From the NCBI GenBank assembly GCA_012862495.1, contig BLSG01000123.1:57508-106698 (forward strand): a DNA stretch of 49,191 nt. Direction: 5' to 3'. This document shows, piece by piece, positions 8,861 to 20,506 of this stretch (within the stretch, counting starts at the first letter, position 1; every line of letters starts with the position of its first letter). The notes under the pieces are model-generated. The model was given only the letters and a program-made list of their open reading frames with translations. It searched no databases and had not been told where the DNA came from. A program made the position numbers and the translations under genes. This stretch comes from Thraustochytrium aureum (taxonomy: Eukaryota).

Positions 8861-11800
8861 GAAAAATGTCTTGTTGTCTTTCGAAACTGCAGTTCCGCTC
8901 GCCAGAGCCTCGGGCAAGTCTGCCGCCTCACGCGCCAGCCTCCCGCGTACTTTTTGCTTGGTGCGAAGAGCACGTCGCACGGGCCTTGAGGGGCGCAACG
9001 CTTGGCCAGCTTGCGCGTGGGCTAGCTCGTCGCCAGGCGAGTACCGGTACGTAGCATCGTTCCTACGTTGTCACGCCGTGCAAGACCAAGCCGGCTTTGA
9101 TTGATTCCTGCCTCAGTAGCAGTCAGTACGAGGCGGGACCCCAAACGAGGTGAAAGAACAGGTGCTGCCAACCCCATGGTTAGGTCAGGCGCACCAACAG
9201 GGACGTCTCGATGCGCCGTGGAGGGCAAAGTCGTTGTCTCGAACGTTTGCTGTTGCGTTCTCGTCCAAGCATCGGGACCGAGCCGTCCACTGGCAGCGCA
9301 TCGCGTCAGTAAGTACTTGATGAGAAGCAGAGTACTCTCTAGCTAGCCAGGTACTCTACTCTGCCTTTGGGGCGTTCAGGAGAGTTCTGAGCAGGCTCGC
9401 AGCTCCCGCGGGGCCGGTTGGAGGTCCGCCCTCTCCAGCCCTTCAGTCTCGGCTCCCCATCGGCGGCGGAGGACCTGCCCTTCGAGTACTCTACCAGTAC
9501 CTACTGGCGTGCTCAATGGGGAAAAAAGTCGGGTCGCCTCGCGGCGCTTCGCAAAGAGCTCATCGCTCTCCAGCGCGGCCTAGGTATTTGCCTTACTTTC
9601 ATGAAACAAGCCCGTGGCGGTTGGGGCTCGCTCGCCAGCGCCCTCCCTCGCAGCTTGCGTCGCGAGTCGCGACACACTTCTTGCTTCTTTCAGGCAGGCA
9701 CCATCGCCGCCTTTGTCGCGAGCGCGCGCTTTCTTGCCTTCGTCCGCGTCTGTCGGTAGTTGGCCCATGCGGCTGGTCGGCGTTGGCAGCCCTCCCCCTC
9801 GAGAAAAGCGGCGCAGGGGGAAGGATGCCTCTGTAAGCCCTGCTCGAGGTTGGGCGTTCAACTCCTGCAGGCCGCGGCTAAGGCCGTTCGTGCCTGGGGG
9901 AGCTTAGCCGCAGCGGCGCAGCCACATCTACACACGGGGCTGGCCAACTGGTAGGTGAGCGCAAGAAGGGCACTACTGGTACTCTTTACGTTGCGCCCCC
10001 ATTCACCGACCCCGCACAAGCGCCCATTGCTCGCTTCCGCATCCTCAGGCTGCAGGCCAGCGTTGGGGANNNNNNNNNNNNNNNNNNNNNNNNNNNNNNN
10101 NNNNNNNNNNNNNNNNNNNNNNNNNNNNNNNNNNNNNNNNNNNNNNNNNNNNNNNNNNNNNNNNNNNNNNNNNNNNNNNNNNNNNNNNNNNNNNNNNNNN
10201 NNNNNNNNNNNNNNNNNNNNNNNNNNNNNNNNNNNNNNNNNNNNNNNNNNNNNNNNNNNNNNNNNNNNNNNNNNNNNNNNNNNNNNNNNNNNNNNNNNNN
10301 NNNNNNNNNNNNNNNNNNNNNNNNNNNNNNNNNNNNNNNNNNNNNNNACCTCCGAGTCCTCTGCGTCTCTGCCAAGCATCCTGCCGCGCCACAAGTAGGT
10401 AGTAAGGTACTCCACTCAAGTCTACCAGCAGGTGTCCATTGGCGCTCCTCGCCAAGCGCAGCGAGTCGCCGCCTGCAGCGACCGCGCCTCGGCCATCGCG
10501 TCGCGCGCACCGCAAGGCGGCGCGCAAGTCAGCGCGCAAGTTGTCAGGTCGCGCAGCCTCTGCGTCCGGTGTGCAAGATCGAAGTTCCAAGCCAAGCCTG
10601 AGTGAGCCACCGTGACCGAGGCGCGGCTCAGCCAGCAGAACAGACCAGCCCTCACTGCTTTACCGGTGGCGGAGCGCTGCCGCCTCCTTCCGAGTCGGAG
10701 GTCGCCAAGCTCTTGAGCGCGTCCTGTCGCAACGGTCGACCGCCCAAGTCGTCTGAGAGCAGAGCCGCGCAACAATTGGTCACTCGAGCCGTCCATCCCT
10801 GAATACAATAATTTCGGCTTCCGTTTTTTTCCGCGAAAGAAGAGGATGGAAACTAATACCAAAGGCGCGCGGTTACGCAGCGACCCGCTAACACGGAGCG
10901 ACAAGAGAGTGGGCGCTTCACTCCTGGCTACTGACCAGCACGCGGTGTCGTTTTTTTCTCTGGAAGAAGGCGAGAAGAAGGCGAGCCACACCGTGACAAC
11001 AGCGCGTCCGCCTCTCCGGTTCTCTCCTGCTTCTCGTGGAGAGTTGTCGGTTTTCTCTTCGATGGCCGATCGAGAAATAACAGAAAGGAGACCTACTAGT
11101 AGAACACCATGATCCCTAACCCCGTTCTTTGCAAACAACGCAGTTTCTCTCCTTTCTTTCCCTCAAAACAATAAACAAGCAGTCCTCCGAGAATGCAGTC
11201 TAAGCAGGTACGCGGGAGATCCAAGCGCAGAAGGAAGAGCAAGGCAGTCCGGAAGGGGTTTTGGCGTGAACCCAGTACCCACTGCTGGAAGAGTACTCGT
11301 GTGTTCTGGCGGTCCTCACAGTCCAGGTTCCGCGCTCAGAGTTCTCAGAGAAAATAGAAAAAGGAAGTAAAAAAACTTTTTTTTTCTCCTCCGGTGTGAG
11401 GCTCGCAGAGGCTGCAGCTCAAGCTCGGGCCGGGTGGCGCGGACATGCCTGCAGACAGCCAGACTTGCAACTGAGTTTAGCCAGCACACGGACGACCACG
11501 CGCGCTGGCTCGCGGACCGCACCAGCGGCCGAGACCCTCCTGCTGCTGCGCGGCCGACCGCCCGGGCGCGGACGGCCCGCCTTCGGGAAGGCCGGGGAGA
11601 AGGCGACCGCCGCCCGCGAGTGGTGGTTGGACTGATTCCGGCCAATTAGCCCCCTCCTAGAACACTCGGTCACTCCCACCCAGCGCAACAAGTCGCGCCT
11701 CGGCGCCAAGCGTTCGGCGCGGTCCACCCAGCGAGCCAAGCTGCCGAAAGGCCCGGCCTGCGCGGCCTGCGCGCTGCAGAGCGTTTGCACGCCGTTTTTG

Positions 11801-11952
11801 GCGAGCCACAAAAAGGAGGCACGTGCTCCACGAGTTTTCCAAAAGTCCTCGAGGACACGCGCAGAGCGCGCCTGTGCTTTGCCGCATCAGCCCCACGAAA
11901 GGCATCCAGACGACTCGCGAGAAGCAAACCAGGGCAGCTCACCAGCATACTC

Positions 11953-14001
11953 ATGTCCGGGTTTCACTCACTCGCGGGAAGCGGGATGCTGTTCCCGGGC
12001 TACCAGGCCGGCGCCGCAAGCGCCTCGAGCGTGGGAGGCCTCCCCTTCAACGGCCTCTCGTCGAGCATGCTGAGCGGGGGCTTCAGCGGTGGTGACCTGG
12101 GGATGTCCTCGAGCGATCCGGAGACCGTCCGCAAGCTCCAGCAGCAGCAGCGCCAGATGGACAGCTTTCGGGCGCTGCAGGAGCAGCACCACTTCCAGCA
12201 AATGCAGCAGCAAATGCAGCAGCAACAGCAGCAAGCGCGCAAGTCGGCCCCTCCGAAAGAGATCCTGAAGAAGGAGCGCGAACGCGCCAAGCTCGACCGC
12301 GACGCCCTCGACACGCTTGAGGAGCAGATCGAGACACTCCGGGACGAAAACCGCGAGCGGCGCTTCAAGCTCATCAAGGAGCGCGGCCGCCTGAAGAACG
12401 AAGAGGCCTCGCTCACCGCGATGGAGTACCGCATCCGGCAGCAGCACGACGAGCTCGAGCGCAAGTTTCATCTCCTGGAGGAGCTCGACCAGCGCCACCG
12501 CCTCTTGCGCCAAGAGATGGCCGAGCGCGAGCGCCAGAGCATGACCAAAATGATGGGCATGGGGCCTGCGGGCTCGCCGGCAATGAGCCCGCCCGGGTTC
12601 CCCGCCCCCCCCTGCAGCGGGCTCCTCGATGTCGTCCTTGGCGCAGCAGCAGTCGCTGTTCATGCAACACCAGCAACAGGCCCACCTCGAGCGCATGCAA
12701 AAGGNNNNNNNNNNNNNNNNNNNNNNNNNNNNNNNNNNNNNNNNNNNNNNNNNNNNNNNNNNNNNNNNNNNNNNNNNNNNNNNNNNNNNNNNNNNNNNNN
12801 NNNNNNNNNNNNNNNNNNNNNNNCAGAGTCTGCTGTTCCTGGCCAGCCTGGGTTTGCGGGCATGACACCTGCCCAGTTCCAGTACCAACAGCAAATGATG
12901 CAGCACCAGATGCAGATGCAGCACCAAATCCAGCAAAAGATGCAGATGCAGAGCAAGGCGGCCAAAAAGCTCGGTCAAGTGAAAAAGTCCAAGTTTGCAA
13001 AGCCAGAGTCGCCGAGATTCGCTTTGGGGGCGACTCTAAAGCCCGGTCCCAAGAAGACGACACCAGGCACCAGCCTGCTCTCCGAAAGGGACAAAGTCGT
13101 CATCGACGAAGCCAGAGCCATTCCCGTGTCCAAGCTCCGTGGCGTTCGCGAAGATAAACAGTCCAACACGTGGATTGCCTTCCTCCCCAACGAGGGCGAA
13201 GCAGGGGTGAAGGAGGTCGGTCGCTTTCCGACGGCGCTGCGCGCTGCGATTGCCGTGGACGAGGCTCGTCTCAAGTGCGACACCGTTGATATGGAGCTGC
13301 TCAACTTTCCCGACCCGCACGTGCGCGTCGTGCTTCTCCGCGAGATCGTGCTGATCTCCCAAAAGGCGCCCGAGGAGAGTCCAGGCTCGAAGGTGGTGCC
13401 TCAGGCCGACGCCGCTGTCGTCGCGTCCCTCTCCGCCAAACTCAGAGATGCGGCCGCCAAGCTCTCCTTTCCGGTTGCAGTTACGCCGGTGGGGAGCGAT
13501 ACCGACGAAGACGAGAAGAGCGCCAAGCGCTCCGAGCCGACTTCAAGCGCCGAGCCCGTCGCAAAGCGTGTCAAAGTCGGCGAGGATCTGGCAACCACGT
13601 CCCCAAAGAAGGCGGACAGCGAGCCAGTGACCGGCGGTGGTGACAACGACGACGACGACGAGGATGATGATGATGACGATGATGATGATGATGAGGAGGA
13701 GGAGGAGGAAGAAGAAGAAGAAGAAGAGGAGGAGGAGGAGGAGGGCGGAGAACAGAACTCCAAGCCCCCGGGGCAGGACTCCAAGCCGCAAACACCTGAC
13801 AAGATTGCTGGCAAAGCGCGCGAAGCGCTACTGTCTGCTCTCAACAAGGTCAACACGGACAAGTCAATCTCCGACAAGGCGCTCAAGGTGGAGAAGGACG
13901 AACCGTCTGAGCAAACGAAATCAGCTCCGACTGCCACCGGCACAACCTCTGCAAAGGCGATAGCTGCTCACGACGACGACGAAGAGGATGACGAAGACGA
14001 A

Positions 14002-14032
<31 letters not shown>

Positions 14033-14163
14033 ACAACGAAGACGAGGACGACGAAGACTACGAGAGCGGCCAAGTAAGCGACGAGGAGGAAGAAACGCGG
14101 ACGTTGCAGAAGAAGAGCCCCGGGAGAAAGCCTGGGCGCAAGGTGAAAACCGCCAAACGCTGA
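11953..14163 (+). CDS. Putative transcription factor: polyQ/coiled-coil N-terminus, divergent AP2 domain, acidic tracts, basic C-terminus; frameshift at ~12605-12612 and gap 12705-12823
   Basis: SKLRGVREDKQSNTWIAF...EVGRFPTALRAAIAVDEAR...LLNFPD is AP2-like. Removing one C from the C8 run restores the MSSLAQQQSLFMQHQQQ frame. D/E homopolymer tracts and a KKSPGRKPGRK tail follow. Confidence 0.72.
13643..13743 (+). repeat. GAC/GAT/GAG/GAA trinucleotide repeats encoding a poly-D/E tract
   Basis: Read directly; a second acidic tract lies at ~13972-14056. Confidence 0.9.
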
Positions 14164-14351
14164 GCACTTGGCAGACCAGACGCAAACTCGATCTTCTTTA
14201 AAAAACGCACACAAGAACCAGCCATTTACAATTTTTGAACGAGCTGCTCCAATTTGATTTAGAAACAGCTCCTGCGCAAGGGGCTCCCATGCCAACGTGG
14301 CTTGTGCGGGCGTTGTTACAAAATCGGAGGCTGCTCCGTTCGGGCTCAGTA

Positions 14352-14405
14352 CCACACGTATCTGAGGAGCTCACATCCCCACACGTGTCTGAGGAGCTCA
14401 CATCC
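14352..14405. repeat. 27-bp direct repeat x2 (ccacacgtRtctgaggagctcacatcc)
   Basis: Units 14352-14378 and 14379-14405 differ at one base. Confidence 0.9.
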
Positions 14406-14624
14406 CCAACGAAATCGGCTCGCGGGTGGCGTTGTGGCGCTTTCCGAAGCAGTTCAGACACCATTCAATGCAGTTCACAGTTCACGTTGAGCTCGCTGGC
14501 AACTAGGAGGCCTTTTCTTCTTGCGCTTGATCTCAAGAAATGCGAGTCAAATGGTCCCACACGGCTCATGACATCAACCGGGCGAAAGCCGGAGAGAGGG
14601 CTCTTTCGTTGTTGTTTTTCGCAT

Positions 14625-14674
14625 CGCTGCGAGTGACGCTGCGAGTGACGCTGCGAGTGACGCTGCGAGTGACG
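14625..14674. repeat. 12-bp tandem repeat (cgctgcgagtga) x4
   Basis: Four perfect copies read directly. Confidence 0.92.
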
Positions 14675-14947
14675 GCAAACTACTTGGCAGTTGTATCGTT
14701 TCAATTTTAAGCCCAAGGGATCTCTCTCGTTCTCGTTTCAGCGGATCCCGTGCGAGCAACAACGTCTGGTCTGCTAGCTAGAGAGCGCGGACTTGGACCC
14801 GCTGGCAATGGAGCAAGCAACTGAGCAAGCAACCCACGGAGAGGGAAAGGAACACTTTGATTGCTATGGGCTCGAGTTGCGCTACTAGAGGCATAGATCG
14901 ACGCGCCACGCGACGCGCCGCGCACGAGCTTGGCCAGGCCGCCACGC

Positions 14948-15876
14948 TTAGGCGGAGACGCTGACGGTGGCTTGCTTCATGCTCAACTTCTTGAGCCCCG
15001 CGAGCTTGGTCGCCATCACGAAGATTCCACCAAAGACAGAGATGATCTTGAGCACCGTGACCAGAGTCGAAATGTACTTTAGGCACGAGCAGAAGGTCAG
15101 CCAACAAGCAAAGCAAAGAGCCTAACGCCTTGGAGCAGAGCAAGCAGACGCCCCAGGCCCAACCTACCCAAGAGACCGTCAGCGCTCCCCTCGCTACGTT
15201 CACCGCAAAGATAACCTGCAAAACGAACTGGGGCACGTCCTCCACACAGAGAAAGACAGCGTTCATGCGAATCTCTGTCTTGGTCGACTCGTAGTCGCTC
15301 TTCGGCGGAAGTTCCTCCTTGACAATGCTCTCGATGAGCAGGATTCCGTTGTGCGGTTCCACCTGGCACACAGCGACGCCGAAAAGATACATGAGCCAGT
15401 CCTTGGACCCCTTGAAGTGCTTGCGGTACTTGAGACGCAAAAGGGCAACGTAAAGCCGCAGGAAAAAAGTTGAAAACCATCACCGCTGCACCGACGATAA
15501 ACATGCGCCAGAAGAGGTCATAGTCGCGGTCGCCGGTCGGGTTGATAGCCACGTTGTTGGTGGAGACCAGGACGCCCAGAAAAGAGTCTTCTGGGCTCCC
15601 CGTCTGCGAAAACACGTACAGCGTCGCGACAAAAACGATATCGGTCCAAAAGTCGAGCGTTTCCTACGAGCCCCGCCGAGTCAGCAAGCAATCCACCCGC
15701 GCAGACCCATGCCGGCCCATGCCGGCCCGCGCCGGCGCGCCCTCCCGCCAGCCCCAAACCAAACGTACAATCAACGTCTCATTGATGCGCCCGGAGAGCT
15801 GGAAAAACTGCAGCCGCTGCAGTTCGTACTCGCTCAGCTCAGTGTGCCAAGCCGTGCCCTTATCGCTGGACGACAT
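14948..15876 (-). CDS. Multi-pass membrane protein with XK-related (scramblase-like) motifs; introns 15664-15768 and 15077-15167; frameshift at ~15463-15468
   Basis: Two GT-AG introns with CTGAC branch motifs give in-frame joins (INETLI|ETLDFWTDIVF and VSW|YISTLVTVLK). Removing one T from a T6 run restores the frame. Motifs DFWTDI and VEDVPQFVLQ resemble the XK-family ExxPQxxLQ. Confidence 0.65.
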
Positions 15877-16981
15877 CGTTGGTTTTCCGCTGTGCACGAC
15901 CGCCCGCTCGCTCGCCGGCCTTCCCGCTTTCCTCCAAACAACGGAGGCCGAGTATGCCCAGTCTCCTCGCGCACTCGCACTCGACGATTCGTGTCTGCTG
16001 GGAGCCTGCTCTGGCACTGGCGATCGATCATCATGGTCGGCAGCAGCATGCTGGCTCGACGGTCGCTCCATCTTTCTGCCAGCCCATTTTAGAGCACTCT
16101 TCTNNNNNNNNNNNNNNNNNNNNNNNNNNNNNNNNNNNNNNNNNNNNNNNNNNNNNNNNNNNNNNNNNNNNNNNNNNNNNNNNNNNNNNNNNNNNNNNNN
16201 NNNNNNNNNNNNNNNNNNNNNNNNNNNNNNNNNNNNNNNNNNNNNNNNNNNNNNNNNNNNNNNNNNNNNNNNNNNNNNNNNNNNNNNNNNNNNNNNNNNN
16301 NNNNNNNNNNNNNNNNNNNNNNNNNNNNNNNNNNNNNNNNNNNNNNNNNNNNNNNNNNNNNNNNNNNNNNNNNNNNNNNNNNNNNNNNNNNNNNNNNNNN
16401 NNNNNNNNNNNNNNNNNNNNNNNNNNNNNNNNNNNNNNNNNNNNNNNNNNNNNNNNNNNNNNNNNNNNNNNNNNNNNNNNNNNNNNNNNNNNNNNNNNNN
16501 NNNAGCGTGGCGGGCTACAGGAGTTGGACTCGGACAGCGCCGAGCGGCCCTGTGCGCCTGCCAGAGGAGGAGCAGATCCTCGAGCTGTGGGAGGTAAGTA
16601 CCAGTTCAGGAAAGGAGCCTCGTCGCTCACTGGCCTCCGCTGTGAGCGCTCACGTCCCTTGTCCGAGCCATCTCGCGCCGATCATCAATCGCCCAGCGCG
16701 TTGCGGCGACTCTGTGAAGGGATGAAATGCGAAAAGTGCTTGCGGAGGTAGGTGTGCGATTCCTCCGTCGCGTTCCGTCGATTGCGTCACGCAGACCCCG
16801 CGGTCACGCCAGTTCGTTCGAGTGAGTCACGTGGACCCCAGCGTGACGTGCTGCACGGCGGACAGACGAGAGCGTGGAGCAGAACAGCAGAACAGCAGAG
16901 CCCTCTCGGCTCGAGCCGCGCGGGCCGGGCAGGACGCGCGCATGCGCAGGCCCGCGAGGGGCGCGAGGGGCGCGAGGCGAC

Positions 16982-17509
16982 ATGGCTCTGACGGATGCTG
17001 TGCAGGAGCTGGCGGGTGAGATTGGCTTGCAGATGCGCGAGATCTCGAGGCTGGCGGACGAGGCAGCCGCCTCGCGCCTGACCGGGGTCGACGCGGCAGA
17101 CGACGCGGTGTCGCGCGAGGCTGCGAGGGAGCGCGAGGCGAGGCTGCACGCCGCTCTGGTTGCGATGGATACGCTGGTCGGCCCTGGGACGCTGGACAAG
17201 GCCCTGACGCTCTGCAGGGCCAAGGGGTCGGGGAACGCGAGGTTTGGAACCGCAGCGAGATCCCCGGCGCTTGTCAAAGTGGTGGCAGCCACATCGCGGC
17301 GGACGTGCTGGCACGTCAAGGGAGGCAGCGGGTCGACGTACTTGTGCGTCGAGGGGTTTTGCAGCTGCCGGAGCTTTGTGACCTGCGTGCAGGGCGAGGT
17401 GCACGTGTGCAAGCACCTCCTTGCAGTCAAGCTGGCAGAAGCAGGCGCCGCGGAAGCCAAGCACGACGAGGTGCCGGACGAGCTCTTCTCGCAGTTTTTG
17501 ACGACTTGA
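16982..17509 (+). CDS. ZSWIM7: SWIM zinc-finger protein, ZSWIM7/SWS1-like (Shu complex)
   Basis: VKGGSGSTYLC..FCSCRSF...VCKHLLAVKLAEA carries the CxC...CxH SWIM signature in a small protein, matching the SWS1 layout. Confidence 0.8.
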   Translation: MALTDAVQELAGEIGLQMREISRLADEAAASRLTGVDAADDAVSREAAREREARLHAALVAMDTLVGPGTLDKALTLCRAKGSGNARFGTAARSPALVKVVAATSRRTCWHVKGGSGSTYLCVEGFCSCRSFVTCVQGEVHVCKHLLAVKLAEAGAAEAKHDEVPDELFSQFLTT

Positions 17510-17835
17510 CCTTTNNNNNNNNNNNNNNNNNNNNNNNNNNNNNNNNNNNNNNNNNNNNNNNNNNNNNNNNNNNNNNNNNNNNNNNNNNNNNNNNNNNNNN
17601 NNNNNNNNNNNNNNNNNNNNNNNNNNNNNNNNNNNNNNNNNNNNNNNNNNNNNNNNNNNNNNNNNNNNNNNNNNNNNNNNNNNNNNNNNNNNNNNNNNNN
17701 NNNNNNNNNNNNNNNNNNNNNNNNNNNNNNNNNNNNNNNNNNNNNNNNNNNNNNNNNNNNNNNNNNNNNNNNNNNNNNNNNNNNNNNNNNNNNNNNNNNN
17801 NNNNNNNNNNNNNNNNNNNNNNNNNNNNNNNNNNT

Positions 17836-18908
17836 TGTAGTCGATGATCTTGTTCTCCGTCGCGCGGTAGTCGCGCGTGCTCGTGTCCTGAAACCCCTGG
17901 CGGCGCACTGCATTGTACCGCACCGCGATGGTGGCCCCCTTGGAAAGGAACACCGACGCACCCGCCACCATGGCGACGCGCGCCGTCATCATCGTCAGGT
18001 ACGCGCCCTTGTCGTTGCCGCCGCCGGACCCGTCGAGGTCGTGCTTGACGTACGTGCCGTCCGGCTCGACATGCTGCCGCTTCTCCATCATGTGCCGGCG
18101 CGGGATGCGCACGTCCTTAAGCCGCAGGTAGCCAATGTCCACCTCGTTCTCGCCCGCCTTGCGGCCGAGGTCGCCGACCTCGATCCCGGGCAGCGGCTTG
18201 AGCTCCTCGTCGCGCAGCTGGAGCATGAACACGTGCAGGCCGTACTCCTTGCCGTCGATGATCAGCTGGGCGTACAGCACGCAGTGCGTGCTGGTCGCCA
18301 TCGACGAGGGCCACCACTTCATGCTGGTCAGCGTCGGCGTGTTGAGGACAAACTCGCGAGTCGTCTTGTCGTACACTGCAGTGGTCTCGAGCCCGCGGAC
18401 GTTGCTCCCGTGCCCGAGCTCGGTCTGCGCGTACGATCCCGTGATCTGCATCGTGTACGCCTTGGGCAGCCACCAACCCATTTGCTCGCCCGAGCACTGG
18501 CCGGTCAGCGTCGTCAGGAACAGGCCAAAACCCCGGGTACCCGCCCATGGTCTGTGCGGCTGTCATGTACTGCATTTCGTTCTTCTTGGGGACCTGGAAC
18601 TTGTCCAGGAACGGCTTGTGGATCTTCATAAAGTGCACAAAGTTCTCCGCGATCCCGCCCGCCGCGCCCGTGCGCTCCATGTCAAACCGCGAGCTCCGCC
18701 CGCCGTGGTCGTCCAGGTCTTCCGTCGACTCGGCGATGCGCCTGCGCCGCAGCGTTTCCGCCTTGCCGCCGTCCAAAAAGTGCATGAGCTTTTCCGTCTC
18801 AAACGACGCGCGCTGCCGCTCCTCGTCCAGAATGCCGGCCGTGCCGCCGCTGTTCCACGAGGGCGTGGCCGAGTGCTCGACGGTTTTCGTGTCGCGAAAG
18901 TCCGCCAT
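17836..18908 (-). CDS. ACOX: Peroxisomal acyl-CoA oxidase, 5' half; frameshift at ~18527-18534; 3' part runs into the gap
   Basis: LDEERQRASF, GSYAQTELGHGSNVRGLETTA, LNTPTLTSMKWWP, PLPGIEVGDLG and TIAVRYNAVRRQG are hallmark ACOX motifs. Confidence 0.92.
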
Positions 18909-20000
18909 CTTTGCTTCTTCTCCTGGCTCCTGACTCCTCCTCCTCCTCCTCCTCCTTGGCTGGCTGGTCCTTTCTCCGTTCGCGGCTTCCCGCCCGATCG
19001 GCTATTGCGGCACTGCTGCAGGCCTTGCGTGGGTGGAAGCGCGTCTCCTGGCGTCTTGGCGATGATTGGGCTCTGCAATGCCATCGCCAAGGCCTCCGTC
19101 CCAGATCCGCGACACATTCCGCCCCCTTTTCGCACTCTCAGACCCTGACTCAGGGAGGGCCGCCCGATCCGCGCGTCGCGCTCTCGTGCGCCATCAGCCA
19201 GCCCACTGCGCACTGCCGCAGGTTGGAGGATGATTGATTTCGATGGATGGATGGTTCGATGATGGCATGGGCTCATGGTGATTGTGGGCTGCACTTGCGC
19301 TGACCGACCGGTGCATGATGCGGCCCTCGTGGGACGGGCGCCGTTGTGATCCCAGGATGCCGTGCTGCTCGCGATGGCACACGAGGCCTCGTGCTCGCGG
19401 TGGGTCGTAGCTGGATTAATTTTCAAAAAGGTCTTTCGTCGTGTAGCCCGTGCTCGCGGCGGCTCTCGTCATGAGGAGGGCCGGCTCGGGTGGCGCGGCC
19501 GCTCTCGTACTGGCCAGGATGCCCTGTGGGAGGACATGACCCTCCATTGATCGGAAGATACGCCGCGGTGCGGAACGGCGCGCAAGCGTGCGAACCCCTC
19601 TACTGGAGGCAGCAGGGCTGATGCGTCGCGAACTTGAAGTGCGAGTGTGTTTGATGTTTGTGTGCGTATACCTCAGCAGCAGCGGCAGCAGCACCAGAAT
19701 CGCAGCAGCAGCAGCAGCCGTTGCGTGCGAATTGGCGAGGTGCGGCGACGCGAGGTGCGGTGAGCCGGAGTGCTTGGCGCGGGGCAGCCACCGAAGAACA
19801 GCCACGCAGCCGCGTCCGGCGCAAAGGATGGCTGCATTGCTTGCCAACTCAACAAACAGCGTATGTGTAGTATTGCTTGCTTCGAACTTGTAAAAGAGGA
19901 GGATCAAGTCTAACCAATGCCAGCCCGCGCCTGGCACCGCTCCGAGCGCGAGCGCAAGCGCGCCCGTTCGTCTGGCTCCAACGAGTCGTCAAAGCGCTCC

Positions 20001-20506
20001 TCACTTGCTCTGACGGAACAGCCGCGTCGTCACCGCCCCGATGGGGCGCGCCAAGCCGGCGCCCAGCGCAATCGTGCAGGGGTAGAGAAGGGCGCTGCAT
20101 GAGACCGCCAACGCCCACGAGCCCAGCACAGACCCAAACTCTTCAATCCCGTACTTGGCGAGAAACCCCGTGACGTCCATTCCGTTGACGATCGCCCCAT
20201 ACATACCGCACACAACGCCGACGCCGACCCAGCGCGCAGAGATAAAGTAGGCAGCCCCGTACCTGATGCATGGCGAGAATCAGCCGCGCCGCTCGCTCTA
20301 GCAGCGCCTGCGCTTCTCCCACAACTTACTTGTTTATTACGGCGCCGAGCCGCTCCCCGCCCGAGCGCAGCGTGTCGTTCGCCTGCCACTTTGCTCGAAA
20401 CGAGCTCGGCACCGCCCCGGCCACTGCTGTTGTGATGTTGATGCGCTTGAGCTGCGGGACGGCGCGCGACAAAACCCCTGCGCCAAGGATCTCCACCGGG
20501 AACCTG
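20001..20506 (-). CDS. DUF1279/FAM210-like small membrane protein, 3' part; intron 20263-20329
   Basis: A GTAAGT...CAG intron joins to give INKYGAAYFISARWVGVGVVCGMYGAIVNGMDV...GSWALAV, resembling the DUF1279 pattern (KYG...Y..v..GvDv...g.falA). The 5' end lies in the gap. Confidence 0.62.

Noticed and set aside
8861..11952. Short ORFs and possible RNA genes in the long intergenic region
   Set aside because: No recognisable domains or coding-like composition, and no tRNA, rRNA or snRNA signature that I could identify.
16504..16599. Possible exon (LPEEEQILELWE followed by GTAAGT) faintly like an IleRS N-terminus
   Set aside because: It is too short, abuts a gap, and no synthetase sequence follows.
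19670..19720. CAG repeats as a polyQ/polyA exon
   Set aside because: No supported ORF or splice context; probably a UTR or intergenic microsatellite.
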